From NCBI RefSeq assembly GCF_000143415.4, contig NW_003314267.1:2955839-3019838 (forward strand): 64,000 nucleotides of DNA, read 5' to 3'. The stretch is from Selaginella moellendorffii. Its lineage: Eukaryota; Plantae; Lycopodiophyta. The notes under the pieces are model-generated. The model had not been told where the DNA came from. It saw only the letters and a list, made by a program, of their open reading frames with translations, and did no database searches. The position numbers and the translations under genes are program-made. Below, piece after piece: positions 49,691 through 60,577 of the stretch (position 1 is the first letter of the stretch; every line of letters begins with the position of its first letter).

Positions 49691-51460
49691 CCAAGAGGAT
49701 TATGTTGCGCATCACATTGAAGAATTGCTTACATGTAGTTTCTCAGCCACTAGCACAAGAGGAGGGCATTCACATTTCATATGCTTCTCATTATGGCAGA
49801 TTTGCATAAGTTTTTTACTTTCTTTACCAAGCGATTTCATGGGTGTAAAGATTGGGACATTGGGTACTAATTGCTTGCTAGACTCTAATAGTAAGTTCTA
49901 TCTCTTGCTAATTGTGCTGCCATGGTGATGGAAGTGTGGTATTAAAAGATTTTGGGTTATCTAAGTAGCAATACACAATGCTCTTGCTCATATAACCAAT
50001 GACAAGGTGTACATGAGGTGATCTTTGGTGGCATCACCAGATCAAAATCCAAAACTGGTAGAGCTTTGAATTCTATTTAATAGGTTGCCCCAAGAGAATG
50101 AATATTCATTTTTTTGTGAATAACTTTATTTTTAATGCTTTATAAATAGAATAATCAACTTACCTAAACTTATTTTGTTTTATAAATTATGATAATCTTT
50201 GAATATTTTAGGTCAAAATAAATTTTATAATTTGATACAAAAATTAAAAAACTTTAATAATAAGAGTACATATTATATTTTTATATGTAGCCTTAGCTAT
50301 TTATAATATAACTCATTATCAAAAAAACTAAGATAATGTATATAGTATTTGATATTTTAAAATCTTTTTCCTAACTGCAAATATAGTTTATTAGTAGATA
50401 ATACTATGGAATATAAGATTTGAATTTACAGTTTCTAATAATATATATATTTTCAAATAATTATTTTCTTGACTGGATCTGGATAGTAATATATTAATGT
50501 TCCTAAAAACTTATTGTTTTATATTCTTAGTAAAATGCATAATTGAGTAATGTCTTGCAGTAGTTATTCTCTATTGTTTGATAAAATCTTAATATCAGTT
50601 TATCCCAAGTAAAATTATAATTACATATTACATATTATTAATAATAGAAATATCATTTTTACCTTTTCCTGGGTCAGGTAGTTTTCTAAATATATTCATA
50701 TTTCCAAATAATAGTTTGTATCTAATATTTTATTATTGAGTATTTATTCTTACTTATATCTAGAAATATATTTTGTTCTAAATATTTATATTATCAAGTT
50801 TACAAGAATTGATTTTTGTGTTCATCTAGCATTTTCTGGGCATAATTCCCTCAATCCTTCTTTCAAAGTGGAATATAGTATTTGTTGCTTTGATACTATT
50901 CTAATTTAGATTTTAATATATTAAAAAACCAAAAGAGCATTTTGCTAACTGTGCAGCATATGCTAGCAATATCTAACATATATATATACATACATCATAT
51001 CACCTTTGGATGGATCAGCCTCAAAATAAATCCTTTCTATTAAGAAGTGTCCACAAAATTCCATCATGTGTCATGGCTGTTCACCCTTGCTTGGCTTGCC
51101 ACTGAAACAAAAGAGCTAAGCCCCATCTTTCTCTGTGAATCTCTCCTAGGATTGTGAATTTGCCAAACGTTTTACCTGATGAGGTTGAGGTGGGAATGGT
51201 GGAGCGCCTCATGAAGCGAATGGAGTTTTATCAATTGTGGTTTCAATATCTGGATGATCTGGATCTGGGAGCTTTGTTACTGCCTCTGCTCGATCGCCAG
51301 CAACTGAGGCTCACGAAGAGCTGCTCGTGGCCGAAAACTAGCTTTCTAAAGCAGACCAAAATTACAATTCGTCCATACATTTCAAAATTGGCTTACACAG
51401 AACTCAGAAGAAAATATATTTTCAAAGCTAAGTATCGACAAAAATTATCCCACCGAAGTT

Positions 51461-53775
51461 TTACTCTGGGCCTTCTAAAAGCTTTCTCATCTCCATTATC
51501 TTGTGGATTGCATGAAGCTGCTGAGATCTCACCATGATTCCCTCCACAACATCACGCTGTGCCCTCCACTCCTCTATGACCATCGTCAGCTTACTCAGGT
51601 ACTCGTTTAGATTCGTCACATCCGAGCGCCCGAGCGTGCAACAGATGGCATGCAGAATGGATATCTCCTGTTCCAGGTTCCATTGCAGCAGCTCCCGCGA
51701 GCCACTGGAGACCCCTTGAGAGCTTTCCAGCATCTTGAGCACGTCCACTCGCTTGGAAGCCTTTTCAGAGTCGAGCTTGGAGCAATGCGCTGCGCTGCTT
51801 CGTTCTTCACACTCTGCCTCGGCCGCCGCCAGTAGCTGCTTCCGATTCTCGACGTTTCTTACGCTGCTCAGCCACTCCGAATACTCTGCCTCAGCTTTCT
51901 TCTGGAGATCCATAGCTCTCGCTTCTTCCTCGATGAGCGTCCCCGCTTTGGACCCTTCAGCCAGTAGCTCCATTAATACGCCTTGGTCTATCATCTTATC
52001 GTCATAATCTGGATGCAACGCACGACCAACCTGAGAAAAATCAGTTAAGCTATATGAGAGAAACTCACCATCTAAGCGCTGCCAATCGTTAAAAGAATCA
52101 ACCACCTGTTCCAAAACTTTGTGAAAGTCGGGACATTCCTGGTGAGACGCGAGGTCCCTCACCAGCTCCTTCACCCTCAAGTGCGCGAGCTTGTACCAGC
52201 TCGAGCCCAGTTTCTCCATCACCTTCACTGCCGACGACAGTTGCAACTCCAACACCTTCCTGTCCGTCGTCGCCACCGCTTCTTTTATCATCGTCTTCCA
52301 GAATACCACCAGATCACTGTTCTTCAGGCAAGTGACGCACGAGGAGCGCCGATCAGACTCCTTGATGGCTTGCAGCGCACAGTCCAAGTGCGCGAGGTGG
52401 TGACAAGCGTCGCATCTCAAGTAGTTCCAACTCTTTCTCGCCTCGACTTCGCCGTAGCAGATGTTGCAAGTGCATCCCGGACAGAAGTCCCGACCCGAGC
52501 AGCAAGCCTCGATCTTACAGCTCCCACAGTCGAGCAGGACGATCTCGGCCGTCTTCTTGTCCATGGGAAAGCTCTCGAGCGTAACGTTGTCTTGTTCCTC
52601 GGCGATGCACTGGAGTACCAGCTTGTGAGCCGCTTCGAGAAAGCACGACGGACGCTGGCGTCTGCACGACCAGCTGCTACACATCTTGACGAGCTCGTTC
52701 ACTCCAAAGCTTGATGGAGCCACTTCACCCCGCAGGACATGGAAAAACATGCGCAGCGCTTCCCTGGAATGCTTGCGAAACGTGTTCCCGTCACGGGCCT
52801 TTGCAGCGATGGCCTCCTGGAGTTGTTTGATCTCGTTGGCGCTCTTGTCATCCAAACGCGATTCTTCTTCCAGCAGCTTGCTCATCACGTAGGACTCTTG
52901 AACGAGGGCGTGACTCCTTGTGGAGGCCAGTATGGTTGCCAAGCTCACACTGTCCGGGATGATCATGTCGCTTACAAGCGGTGGAGATCTCAAGTTTTCT
53001 TCTTGAGTAGTCTCGTTGTCTGGAGGGGGAGTTTCATCTCGAGTTCCATCGCCAAAGGCCGAAGGCCCAGGTGTCTTGTTGTCTGGCGGGGGAGTTTTAT
53101 CTCGAGTCCCATCGCCAAAGGCTCCAGGAGATACTTCGTCCTAGAGAGAGCAACGTGAAAGACAAGAAAAAGCGCAAACTTTCAAACCTCGTTGATAACC
53201 ATCGTAGCTTCGTAGCCTTCGTCGAGTATCTAGATGAAGAACAGCACCGATAGAAAGAACAAAGAAGATCTCTTCCAGAGGCGAACCTTTTCAACGCTTA
53301 TTAGCTCTTGTCTCTTCGGGACACTAGTCGGGGACTCCATTTCTAGGCCTCTGGACGATCGTGTTCGTTTTCTCGTCGATCGAGCATTGACCTTGTGCCG
53401 CTTACGCTGCGGAGTGGCGGTACTCGAAGTAGGAGTAGCTGCGATCTTATCCGGCGCGGGAGCTCCACCCGGCTCGCTCTGCAAACCTACAAGAGAGCTA
53501 GAGCAAACAAGAAAAGAAGAGAAAGAGAACATGCTACCGCTCCGTTCGAAATTCCAGCGGAACTGCGATGGCGATGGCGTGCCCGGCGTGGATTCCAGAT
53601 ATGCCCGGAGCTGGACCCGCGATCGAAAGCACTGGCCATCCGGAGAGTAGAAATAAGTGTCGGTCACGCGATTCCCCACTCGCCATCGCCATTCCGGCGG
53701 TGCGATCGGCGGCCCCGTCCCGCTCTTCCCAGCGAGCGGATGGCTGCGAGCTCGCCGGCCGGAGGAGCCTGCCAT
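51461..53775 (-). CDS. MBD-like domain + OBERON-type PHD finger + coiled-coil protein
   Basis: Exon 1 WRWRVGNRVTDTYFYSPDGQCFRSRVQLRAYL splices in frame through three introns to the long exon with CCSGRDFCPGCTCNIC...WNYLRCDACHHLAHLDCA...CVTC. A further in-frame intron is likely at 52009-52068. Confidence 0.75.
53010..53123. repeat. Coding tandem duplication, 63-bp period (AFGDGTRD.TPPPDN x2)
   Basis: gttgtctggagggggagtttcatctcgagttccatcgccaaaggc at 53015 recurs near-identically at 53078. Confidence 0.85.
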
Positions 53776-53940
53776 GGCGAACGAGGAACCCTAGCGGGAA
53801 TTGCCACGTGGAGGGCACTTGGCTCGGTTTACTGCCAACTAGGCGCCACGTAGCGCGGAGAGGTTTGCAGTTTTTGGGCGCGGCCAGTAGGGAAAGAGAG
53901 CATCCATCGCGATGGGCTAGGCGCAGGGTGTAGCAGCGCG

Positions 53941-55062
53941 ATGAATCCTTCCAATGCGGGGCGAGAGGAGGAGCGGGATCGCGAGCGCGGTGGCGGCGCC
54001 GATCGCCACCACAACAGCTTGGAGGTGACCATCATCTCGGCGCAGGGATTGCGCGACACTTGCATCTTCGGGCGGATGAGCCCCTACGCGCTGGCCTGGA
54101 TCGATCCGGAGGTGAAGTACTGCACCCATGTCGCGCACAACGCCGGCTCCAATCCAGCTTGGGATCACAAGATGTACATCCCCCGCCCGGGCTCGCTGCG
54201 CGGGGTGGAGCTGTGTGTCCAGATCTTCAGCCGGGGCAGCGGCACCAACGATCCCATCGTGGGCAGCACCAAGATCCCGCTGGGCGACGTGATCGATGGC
54301 GGGCTCCAGTACATGGCGTGCCAGTTGCAGCGGCCGTCGGGGAGGATCCACGGCCTCCTCAACATCTCCGTCCAGACGTGCCACTCGGACCGCGAGGCGC
54401 TCGAGAGCTCCACGCTCAAGCGCAGCCTCGAGGTGTCCGGATCTTTCAAGGCGCCCAGGAGCTCCTCCTCGTCGGACGAGGATCGCGATCAGCTGGACAC
54501 CACGCCTGAGGATCACCCCGAGGAGAGGGAGAGAGCCCAGCTCCACGATCATCTGGCGAGATTGCGGGTGGATCCGGGCACCACTGCGGTGGCAGCATCC
54601 ACTTCGTCCTGCGCCCCGACTCCGGCGGCGCCCGCGCGGTCCCGGAGAGCGTCGGCGATCCTCACAGCACCCGACATTCTTGATCTGGGCGAGATCGAGG
54701 ACCCCAGGGATCGGCCGTTGGGCGAGAGGGACCGAGAGCGCGAGCGGGAGCGCGAGCGCGAGAGAGACCGAGACCGCGAGCGGGAGAGAGAGCTGCGGGA
54801 GAGGGAGCGGGATCGAGACAGGGAGCGGGAGAGGGAGAGGGATCGCGAGCGCGAGCGCTTGAGATCCGGGCAGTATGGCGTCTTTGCCGGTGGCGGAGGC
54901 GATCAGCCCGGCGGGGGCGGCCACCAAGGCGGCGGTGGCAGCGGCGGCGGCGATGCCACTGGCGTGGATCTTGGGGGTGGCGGTGTAGAAGGCGGCACCA
55001 TTGGAACGTACTATCTAGGATCTCAAGCGACCTCGGCTATGGATCATCTGGCTGGCCACTAA
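53941..55062 (+). CDS. C2 (calcium/lipid-binding) domain protein with RE/RD dipeptide tract and Gly-rich tail, intronless
   Basis: LEVTIISAQGLRD...MSPYALAWIDP...AGSNPAWD...DPIVGSTKIPL...QLQRPSGRIHGLLNISV; RE/RD repeat ~54724-54857. Confidence 0.85.
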   Translation: MNPSNAGREEERDRERGGGADRHHNSLEVTIISAQGLRDTCIFGRMSPYALAWIDPEVKYCTHVAHNAGSNPAWDHKMYIPRPGSLRGVELCVQIFSRGSGTNDPIVGSTKIPLGDVIDGGLQYMACQLQRPSGRIHGLLNISVQTCHSDREALESSTLKRSLEVSGSFKAPRSSSSSDEDRDQLDTTPEDHPEERERAQLHDHLARLRVDPGTTAVAASTSSCAPTPAAPARSRRASAILTAPDILDLGEIEDPRDRPLGERDRERERERERERDRDRERERELRERERDRDRERERERDRERERLRSGQYGVFAGGGGDQPGGGGHQGGGGSGGGDATGVDLGGGGVEGGTIGTYYLGSQATSAMDHLAGH

Positions 55063-55479
55063 GTGGGTTGACGAACTACTATTCTTCCCAAGATCTTGGA
55101 GGATCTGACGCATTCTTCCTTGTGTGCCAGGTCCTTGCGAGAGATATTTGTAACGTCGCCATCGCGTGCTTGCTCGCTTTTATCTTCAAAGGAGAAGCGA
55201 GAAGAGTAACACCGCCCCATAGAGAAATTATTTCATTCATCAATCTTCACGGGTTTCGAGCAAAATATTGTTTTACCTAGGGTCCGCTCGATCGATGGCG
55301 GTGCGTCGCCGGCGCTAGGCGCGAGGCGCGCGGGGGGCGGGGCGGCGGCGCGGTAAGAAAGATTGCGTGACGGCTTTGGATTAGAATTCTCATCTGGGAA
55401 AGAAGACAGAAATTCTCCGATTTCTTCCTCCGCCCCGGTTCCTCGATTTCCTGCTGTTCTTGATCGATCCGGAGCGCCA

Positions 55480-56886
55480 ATGAAGCAGCTCGTAGATCTC
55501 CTCCACCGGCGCAAGAAGGCTTTCTTGATCGCCGCGGCGCTGGCTGCCGGGGGCTACGCGTCCTACTCGTATTACCGCTCGGAGTCGTTTCAGAGAAGGA
55601 AGAGGCAAGTAATTCTCATCTTGGATGGATTGGGGAAGCTGCTCCAGGCGGCGGCCAGCGCTGCCGACTCGGCGTCTCTCATCTCCGGTGATCTCAAGGA
55701 TTTTCTGGAATCGAGCAACGAAGAAGGCGAGGTTCCTCGCAGCATCCGGCAGCTCCTCAAGATCTTGCGCTGTCCGGAACTCCAGGATCTTGTCGCGGTC
55801 ACCACTTCTAGCGTCTGCAAGGTGATTATGGCCGGTACTTCTCCTGAGGATACTTCTCCTTCCAGGGCTCATCATGAGAAATCGCTAGACAGGAACAATC
55901 TGGTCATGTATAGGGACAGGCTCCAATTCAGGGCAGAGAGCAGTGACGGATGGAGGCGTGAGAGATATGAGAACTTCGAGGTGAAACGAACAGTTCCAGG
56001 GAGCTCTAGCAAGCCTAGCAGAACAATGAGGCACGAAGGACTTTCAGAGAAGTTGCTAAACAAGCTTTTCAGTGACCCCGGGAAAGGTTTTGCGTCAGCC
56101 ATTGTTGGAAGTGCGGTGAGAAACTTGGTGGTGTGTTACTTCGAAGAGATGGAGCGCAAGGCGGAGCTAGAGAACGAGTCGGCTCCAGAGATTTTCGAGC
56201 TGGGAGCCAACGGGATCGTGCGAACTCATGGAAGATTGAGTGAAGATCCAGGGGAATGGAAGCCCGCCAAGCTCTTGGATCTGGCATGCAGCACCAAAGG
56301 AAAAGCTCTTCTCGCGGAGTGCATACAGATCGTTGTGGAGGCCACGGTGTCGACGTACTTGGACAAAACACAGGAGGTGAATATGTTTGAGGAGATGGTG
56401 GAAGCGGTGACAAAACCCGTCCACCGAGTTCCGGCCCAAGAAATGATCGTGAGTGTTTGCAACGGGGCCGTGGATACGTTCGTACGAACTTCGTACGAGG
56501 TTCTGTCCGAGAGCTCGAAACAGACGACGCGCCTGGACATGACACCGGTGAGTTTCAATAGCAGCGAAGCGGTTTCGGCCTTGCAACAGGGTCCTGGGAA
56601 TTATCTCGAGAAGATATTCGGCGCCTTGACGATTCCAAGCAATCGCATGCTCGTCATGGATTTAGCTGGAAAAGTGACAGCCGAAGCAGTGAGATCCTTC
56701 TTCGGCCTCGTCATAGCCGTCTCCGCTCCATATGTGAGAAGTTCCAGGGACGTGGTTCATTCCAAGGCGGCCGTGGTCAGGACTCGTTTCTCTCAAGACG
56801 CTGCTACCAAAGTTCTGGTGTTGGTCACAGTGTGCCTGGCCGTGTTCTTACACATATTTGTCAACACCAGCATCTCACTGAAATGA
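55480..56886 (+). CDS. PHLOEM PROTEIN 2-LIKE A10-type protein, intronless CDS
   Basis: RRKK..LIAAALAAGGY..Y, ISGDLKDFLES..EVPRSIRQLLKI, GKGFASAIVGSAVRNLV, VCNGAVDTFVRTS, C-terminal TM segment. Confidence 0.75.
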   Translation: MKQLVDLLHRRKKAFLIAAALAAGGYASYSYYRSESFQRRKRQVILILDGLGKLLQAAASAADSASLISGDLKDFLESSNEEGEVPRSIRQLLKILRCPELQDLVAVTTSSVCKVIMAGTSPEDTSPSRAHHEKSLDRNNLVMYRDRLQFRAESSDGWRRERYENFEVKRTVPGSSSKPSRTMRHEGLSEKLLNKLFSDPGKGFASAIVGSAVRNLVVCYFEEMERKAELENESAPEIFELGANGIVRTHGRLSEDPGEWKPAKLLDLACSTKGKALLAECIQIVVEATVSTYLDKTQEVNMFEEMVEAVTKPVHRVPAQEMIVSVCNGAVDTFVRTSYEVLSESSKQTTRLDMTPVSFNSSEAVSALQQGPGNYLEKIFGALTIPSNRMLVMDLAGKVTAEAVRSFFGLVIAVSAPYVRSSRDVVHSKAAVVRTRFSQDAATKVLVLVTVCLAVFLHIFVNTSISLK

Positions 56887-56917
56887 GAAATAATCCAGGT
56901 ACGTGTGTTTTTGTTTG

Positions 56918-57901
56918 TCAAGCTCGTGCTTTCTTGGTTCTCATCTCCTTCATGCAGGCCCGGCATAGATCCAGCCCAAGCACGATGTTTAGAACGTTGA
57001 GGCCGAGCATTCCTGAGCTAGCTAGTAGCAACTCAAGCTTACTGGGGAACTTGGTGGCATCCATGTAGAGCTTCACGGATATGACTCCATGCACTAGTAA
57101 TCTGGAAGTGAAGTAAGTGATCCAGTTGAGAATCCATTCCGCGATCACGGCGACGCTACCGAGCTTTCGTATGCCCGTCATCCGGCTTATGCGTCTCCAG
57201 TGCAGGAACACCGAGTGCATCTGTTAGAAGCTAATGAAGTTGGTCCAGGTGACAGGAGCAATGCAAGGGAAGTTTTAGTCACCTCGCAGAGTAGCGTGAG
57301 AACTAGATAGTTTATAGAAACGTTCCGGAGGAGTGCCAAGGTGAAGCAGTTTAGCAGCAGCCAGTGATGGACGAGAAGCGGAGGAAACCATCCTTGATAG
57401 AGGTGCCTGCGAATCATGTCGACTTGGTCATAGGCGAAGTAGCCACAGGAGAAGGCTAGCACCGAGTACGCTCCAGGCCAAGAGCGAGAGTACAAGCTTT
57501 CAAACTCCAGCATTTTTGCGACGGATCCAGTGCGGTAGAGCTCGACGAGCACGCAAGCTCCAACTGGAGGAAAGCCAAGTTTCTAGCGCAATGAAGAAAG
57601 AGATGTGGGAAGGAATTCTTCGCGTACCAGAGAGAGACACGAGCAACGAGTGCAGCAACGAGACACCAATGTTCGTGAAGTCGTGGGGTGAAGAAGCTGG
57701 TGTGAGACGAATTTTGTGCCTGGAGAGGGAGGAGCCGAGAGCTCCATTGAAAGACTGGAAGAACACGAAACCGGCGATGATGGGCAGTAGCCGCGATCGA
57801 CCATTGAGCAATTCGCTAGCTACGACCAGCAGCCACACAAGCATCATACTTCCAAACAGCCAGGCGGCGAAGTCGGGGACCTTGTTCTCGCGCTCGGCCA
57901 T
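56918..57901 (-). CDS. TLC (TRAM/LAG1/CLN8) domain membrane protein
   Basis: VSLLHS, FSCGYFAYDQVDM, LVHH, LTLLCE|MHSVFLHWRR, YFTSRLLVH, LNVLN. Confidence 0.85.
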
Positions 57902-57956
57902 GGCTGGGACTGTGATTTAGCTTGCGAGCTCGCCCTAAAGCCAAGAAGTCAGGCTC

Positions 57957-59075
57957 ATGGGAAAGACGAAGGTGTATGCCGTTCGCAAGGGGAGGCAGCC
58001 AGGTATCTACGAGAGCTGGGATCAATGCAAACGCCAGGTACTCGATCGAGCTCTTCTCTTTCTCTTCTTTTCTAAAATCTTTCGTTTTGTTCTTCCTTTT
58101 TGGAGACTGATGGATTCAAAGGCTGTGAGTACAAGAGCTTCAGCTCCTTCAGTGACGCGGAGAGCTACATGAACGGGATCAGCCCAACCAAGACCGAGGC
58201 CGTACTTCGTTCGGTGACGGGCGATGCAGCAGTCGCCAAGCCAAGACCGAAAATCGCTTGCATCTCCGCTGATGCCGTCTCTGCCGAGGTAGCTCAACGT
58301 CTTTCTTTTGAAACAAAGTTGGAACTGTCTTTTGCTCCAGGAACTCATCCATGTTTCCTCGTCCAGCTGCTCCAAGATCAAGCAAGGAGCTGTACCGATT
58401 CAAGCCGGACGAGTGTACCAGGTAGAGTTTGATGGTGCATCGAAAGGGAACCCGGGAAGAGCTGGAGCTGGAGCTCTTCTCAAAGACCCAGATGGCAATG
58501 TGGTAAGATTTTCGTGTTAAAAAATTGTGTTTTCTTGGGTACTCACTCGTAGCTTATTATGATCCAGGAATGTGAGATGAGCGAAGGTGTGGGTCACGCA
58601 ACCAACAACGTTGCCGAGTACCGTGGCTTGATCCTGGGCTTGAAAACAGCACTAGACAAGGGGATTAAAAAGATCATTGTGAAAGGAGATTCCAAGCTAG
58701 TCTGTGAACAGGTAAAAGCTTTTCTTACAGTTCTTTCATTCTACGAACGAGTTTCATCAGATAATGGAGCGCTGGAAAGTTCGGAATGAAGGGCTCAAAG
58801 ATCTCTGGCAGGAAGCAATGTACCTCAAATCGCAGTTCTTGGAGTTTAAAATCCAACACGTCGATAGAGTAAGCGAAAGCCCAGTGTTTTCTTGTTTGAT
58901 CGAAAGTTTCTCCTGGCTGGTATCAGGAATTCAATCCTCTAGCCGATCAGCTGGCCAACATTGGAGTCACACTGCCAGGTAATGAAGCTCGAGTGTATTG
59001 AAAATGGAAGCCTACTTACATTTCTTTCATCTCGTGATTCTAGAGACCAAGTTCGTGAGCTCTTCAAGGAGTTGA
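57957..59075 (+). CDS. RNH1: Ribonuclease H1 (hybrid-binding domain + RNase H)
   Basis: YAVRKGRQPGIYESWDQCK, VEFDGASKGNPGRAGAG, TNNVAEYRGLILGL, GDSKLV, NPLADQLAN. Confidence 0.92.
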
Positions 59076-59438
59076 GACGCTGTTATTTTGCTGGAGCGCG
59101 ATCATCCTTGCTGGGGCTGTTGCGGGACTTGGATTTCCTCCTTTGGATCGTTCTGGTAGAAGAAAGAAGAAGAAAAAAATGCTGCATTATAAGGGCAAAA
59201 AGAAAGAGCGCCTTACTCTGTGCTCGATGTGCCACTGGATCGCGGAATACAAATTCATGGAGAAATTAATCCCGAGGTAGATGGTCGCGACGCCCAGCAG
59301 CGATGTCACCGTCTTGTACCCGATGTCTGCGATCTTCCTCATGATGCCGCGCCTTCGCTCTTCGCAAGAACCCTAAAGTATGAAATAGGGTTTATGGGAG
59401 CTTCTCTATTCGGGTTTTAGGAGCAGCAATCCACGACG

Positions 59439-60284
59439 ATGGCGGCTGCGGAGGAGGCGCCTGCGCCAGTCGATCGCTTCGATCTCAATGTAGGTTCTCG
59501 ATTCTCCTGGAGTAGAGCGGATAGAGAAATTTGCAGAAATTTTGCAGTCCAAGAGGGTCCAGGATGCGTTTGAGGACTGGGGATCCAAGACGACGATCGG
59601 TATCGTGGCGGGCATGATCTTTGGAGGGCTAAAGGAGGGTCGAGCATCCGCTGTGAGATTTCACTTCATTTGCTCCCTTTGGATTTTCATTCGTTTGGTG
59701 TGTTGTTGTAGCACTGGCAACCTTTTCTTCCATCCCAGGCCGGAAGTAGCACTTGGAACGAGCGGCAAAGAGTTTGGAGGAACGTTTGGGAGCAAAGATT
59801 CGTGAGAGTCGCGGGAGGAACGGTGTCGGGAGGCGCCAAGCTTGGATTCTTCACGTCCATGTACTGTGGCCTCCAGCACGCTCTTGCGATCTACAGAGAC
59901 GTGGATGATGCTTTCAACACCGCCATCGCTGCGAGCGCCACCGCTGCAACCCTGGGACTTGTTTGTAAGTTTCGCTCTTTCGCAGGCATTCGTTTTACTT
60001 CGCATTTCCTCTCTAGAGCCTCCGCATTTCTCGTTCTCGCTCGATCTTTCTAACGATTTGATCAAACAGTGCCAGGATCGTTGAGATGGCGATTGAGGAC
60101 ATCATCTCTGGGGATTGTTCTTGGAGCAGTAGCCGGGCTTCCCATCGGTGAGCAAAAAAGAAATCCAAGCTTTCGATCGCTCTTCATAGCTGACTTTGAG
60201 CATGGTTCCACAGGCTACATCCAGACCTCGCTCAACAAGAAAGCAGAAGAACTCATGAAAAACGCTCCAAGCCCAAGCTCGTAA
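59439..60284 (+). CDS. Tim17/Tim22/Tim23 (PRAT) family membrane protein
   Basis: GIVAGMIFGGLKEG, GGAKLGFFTSMYCGLQHALAIYRDVDDAFNTAIAASATAATLG, GIVLGAVAGLP. Confidence 0.7.
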
Positions 60285-60345
60285 AAAAGCTGCCGTATGT
60301 AGCGTGCTAGAAATACGATGCACCGTATGATTTTCGTACTGCTTG

Positions 60346-60372
60346 GACACGTGTTGGCACCCAACGCGGTGC
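60346..60372. promoter_or_regulatory. ABRE/G-box (GACACGTGT) plus CGCG-like element upstream of the ABI5/ABF gene
   Basis: Motifs lie ~210-230 bp upstream of the ATG at 60578. Confidence 0.4.
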
Positions 60373-60577
60373 ACGGGGGCCTGGCCGCGCAAGAAGCTCT
60401 AGGGCGTGACACCTGCCCCTATTTCCGTACGACTCGATTCTTATGGTTTACCTAGGGTTTGTGCTCTTGCGTGAACCTTCTAGAATGTGGGCTATGGCGA
60501 GCGTGAGCGACATGGATCGTGGAATCTAGCTGCTTCGGATGCCAGATTGAGGTGTGTATCCAGCGCGCGGATTTGCG

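Larger units (their letters stand above)
45611..51100. mobile_element. AT-rich, CpG-poor decayed TE/repeat island
   Basis: Abrupt switch from GC-rich genic DNA to AT-rich DNA with no intact genes; contains a satellite, a PPT/LTR relic and gene fragments. Boundaries approximate. Confidence 0.6.

Noticed and set aside
51154-51537. 127-aa ORF at the island edge
   Set aside because: Non-ATG start, no recognisable motif, and overlaps the 3' end of the PHD gene.
53917-54927. 336-aa antisense ORF with LPLPL/LALAL runs
   Set aside because: Reverse complement of the RE/RD repeat in the C2 gene.
57957-59075. RNase H as a sign of a retroelement or caulimovirus
   Set aside because: Intron-containing cellular RNase H1 with a hybrid-binding domain; no RT, integrase or LTR nearby.
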